A stretch of 63,857 bases of DNA, the filler included, from Pelomyxa schiedti (Eukaryota; Protista; Evosea), in assembly GCA_020536535.1 (NCBI GenBank). It is 11 parts of 11 records of this genome, joined end to end, with 100 filler letters (N's around TTAATTAATTAA, not from the genome) between each part and the next. Parts side by side here need not be neighbours in the genome. Positions count along the whole stretch, not along the records: positions 60,048 to 63,857 come from JAHLWZ010001678.1; 10 more parts are not named here. One strand, written 5' to 3'. The position numbers and the translations under genes were made by a program. This document shows positions 62,296 to 63,857 of the stretch, one piece after another. The notes beneath the pieces were generated by a model. The model saw nothing but the letters and a program-made list of their open reading frames with translations. It made no database searches and was not told where the DNA came from. The first letter of the stretch is position 1, and each line of letters starts with the position of its first letter.

Positions 62296-63857
62296 ATGTT
62301 TCACGGGGGAGGGAGCGTCGTCGACGAGGAGGGGTTTTCTTGGAATAACGGGGGAACACCGATTCGAAGGGTATCAGTCCCTGGCGGCGGTTCCCTGGTA
62401 TTGTTTCTATTTCGTTCTAAATTTCTATTCATACATTGCCCACCCCTCTGAGAAGTTTAGGTTTTTTTTTCATTTGAGTTGGTGTTCAACTTTATGCTTA
62501 AGTTTTTGTTTGTGTGTGTGTTTTTGTCCCTGTGTGTGGTCGGCGCAATTCTGATTTTGTTGAGGAGTAGGAATTGGATTTGAGTTGCCAGGAGTTACTC
62601 ATTGACGTGGTGGCTGGCTCCGGAAATGACAACCAGACTCTGTCAGGGGCTCCTTCTATGTTTACTCTGAGGGATGATGTTTTACCTGCTGCACTTCTTG
62701 CGAACAAGGCAAAGCAATTCGATGATGGCCTTTGTGCCGCTGGTATGGTCTTCTTTTTTGAAGTTCGCATGCTTATCCCTTGCAATGATTGATCATTGGG
62801 TACAACAGTGGAACTTATGGCACAGCACGGAACCGCTTCATTCCTTGGGAAAAGGAAGTTTCTAACTCTTTTGAATGAAGCTCTTGAACGGCAAGGTAGT
62901 ATTTAATCTTGGCCACGAACACTACTAATTTTTTTTTATTTTGGGTCTTTGGGAATCACCACTTACCGTTCAATATCAATACAGGAAATCAAGTTCCTCT
63001 GATAATCGCTAGAAGGAACCCATAAAGACCTTAAGCCACGGGGTCTTGTGGAAAACGCAACAAAGAAGATAAAGGTATTATAATATGTGTTGATCGCATT
63101 TGCCACAACCATCGCATAATGTCGTCCTGTTGCTAACGGCAGTGGGCCAGCGTGAATTCCTCAGCCAGAGCATCTCAAAACCTCTCTCGTTTTACACCTG
63201 GAACCAGGTGCTGACAGCGGTTTATCAGCAGGACACCCTCCTCCACTCCCCAATTGGGCCCCCAACTTCCAATCAGGTCCGAAATGCGGTGACTGCAGAT
63301 CCAAGGGTACAACGTACATACTTGGGTTAATGTTCACGTTCTGTAGTTGAGCGAATTTTACACCAAATACCTCAATTTCGTATCAAAGTTCACGGGACCA
63401 TTTGCAAAGCCAGGCCTTTTGGTGAGTACTACTCTCACAGTCAGCATCTTTTTCTTCTTGTTTTATTTTCTCTCGGAGATTTATTTTTGCGCCGCAGGGT
63501 GGAGCAGCAGACTCCTGTGTTTTGCCACCATCAATCTCTCCTGAAGGGAACTTTATGAAGAAATTGCACCCAGATGGACCTATTTCTAAGTCATTCAATC
63601 TCATGGATGCCATTGTGGAAGGAGTAAAATCTGGAAGTCTTTCCCTTGCCCCAACCTCGGAATCTGGATGGTTTGCTTCTTTTTTTTCACTTTTAACATA
63701 AATATTTAATAATAATAATAATATCTATTTCCATTCACGCTCTCAGTCAGGTATGAGCACTGCATTTGGGCCCTTGAATGCCTCCTTTCTCCAGAGAAAA
63801 ACGCTGAAGCACTGAAGATTCACATGTCCGAAGAATACAAAAGTGAGCTCGCCAATC
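62296..63857 (+). CDS. Multi-exon hypothetical protein (3' partial), possibly of bacterial-family origin
   Basis: Spliced blocks LANKAKQFDDGLCAA, ELMAQHGTASFLGK, SKPLSFYTWNQVL..YQQD, SLAPTSESGW/YEHCIWALECLL.PE..EAL. Confidence 0.65.

Noticed and set aside
1-63857. CRISPR arrays, rRNA, prokaryotic operons, or functional linkage between genes on different contigs
   Set aside because: No repeat-spacer arrays or rRNA-like sequence were seen, the genes are spliceosomal, and the contigs are artificially concatenated.

Overview
This is eukaryotic, intron-rich genomic DNA, not a single locus. It is 11 unrelated contigs/scaffolds joined by an artificial 100-nt linker (N44-TTAATTAATTAA-N44), plus internal ~100-N scaffold gaps, most flanked by 121-bp duplicated overlaps. 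Short GT-AG introns, GC-rich gene 5' ends and a large lineage-specific orphan family suggest an amoebozoan protist, possibly Pelomyxa (Archamoebae); this assignment is inference only. The highlight is contig 1 (1-10449), which starts and ends with the same 121 bp, so it is a circle or collapsed tandem unit. It holds one giant minus-strand gene (~18 introns, roughly 2,800 aa by my estimate) that wraps round the contig ends. Its domains are a GBP/atlastin-type GTPase, a bacterial-type PARG macrodomain, 14 PBZ-like CCHH zinc fingers, a putative DarT-like ADP-ribosyltransferase fold and a VWA domain, i.e. a candidate writer/reader/eraser ADP-ribose immunity protein. Other coding genes: Cache-HAMP class III adenylyl cyclase, RhoGEF, CH-domain coiled-coil protein, CCT3, flavodoxin-like, F-box/RCC1, BLOC1S5-like, zf-4CXXC protein with a downstream pseudokinase, multi-TM TKL kinase, an atypical Rab, a Nudix CoA pyrophosphatase and an ankyrin-like protein. 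Also present: a cluster of four tRNA-Leu genes, a truncated ArgRS, a UMP-CMP kinase relic with an inverted exon, an IS630/Tc1 relic and a dispersed repeat found on four contigs. All exon models were spliced by eye; no database searches were run.
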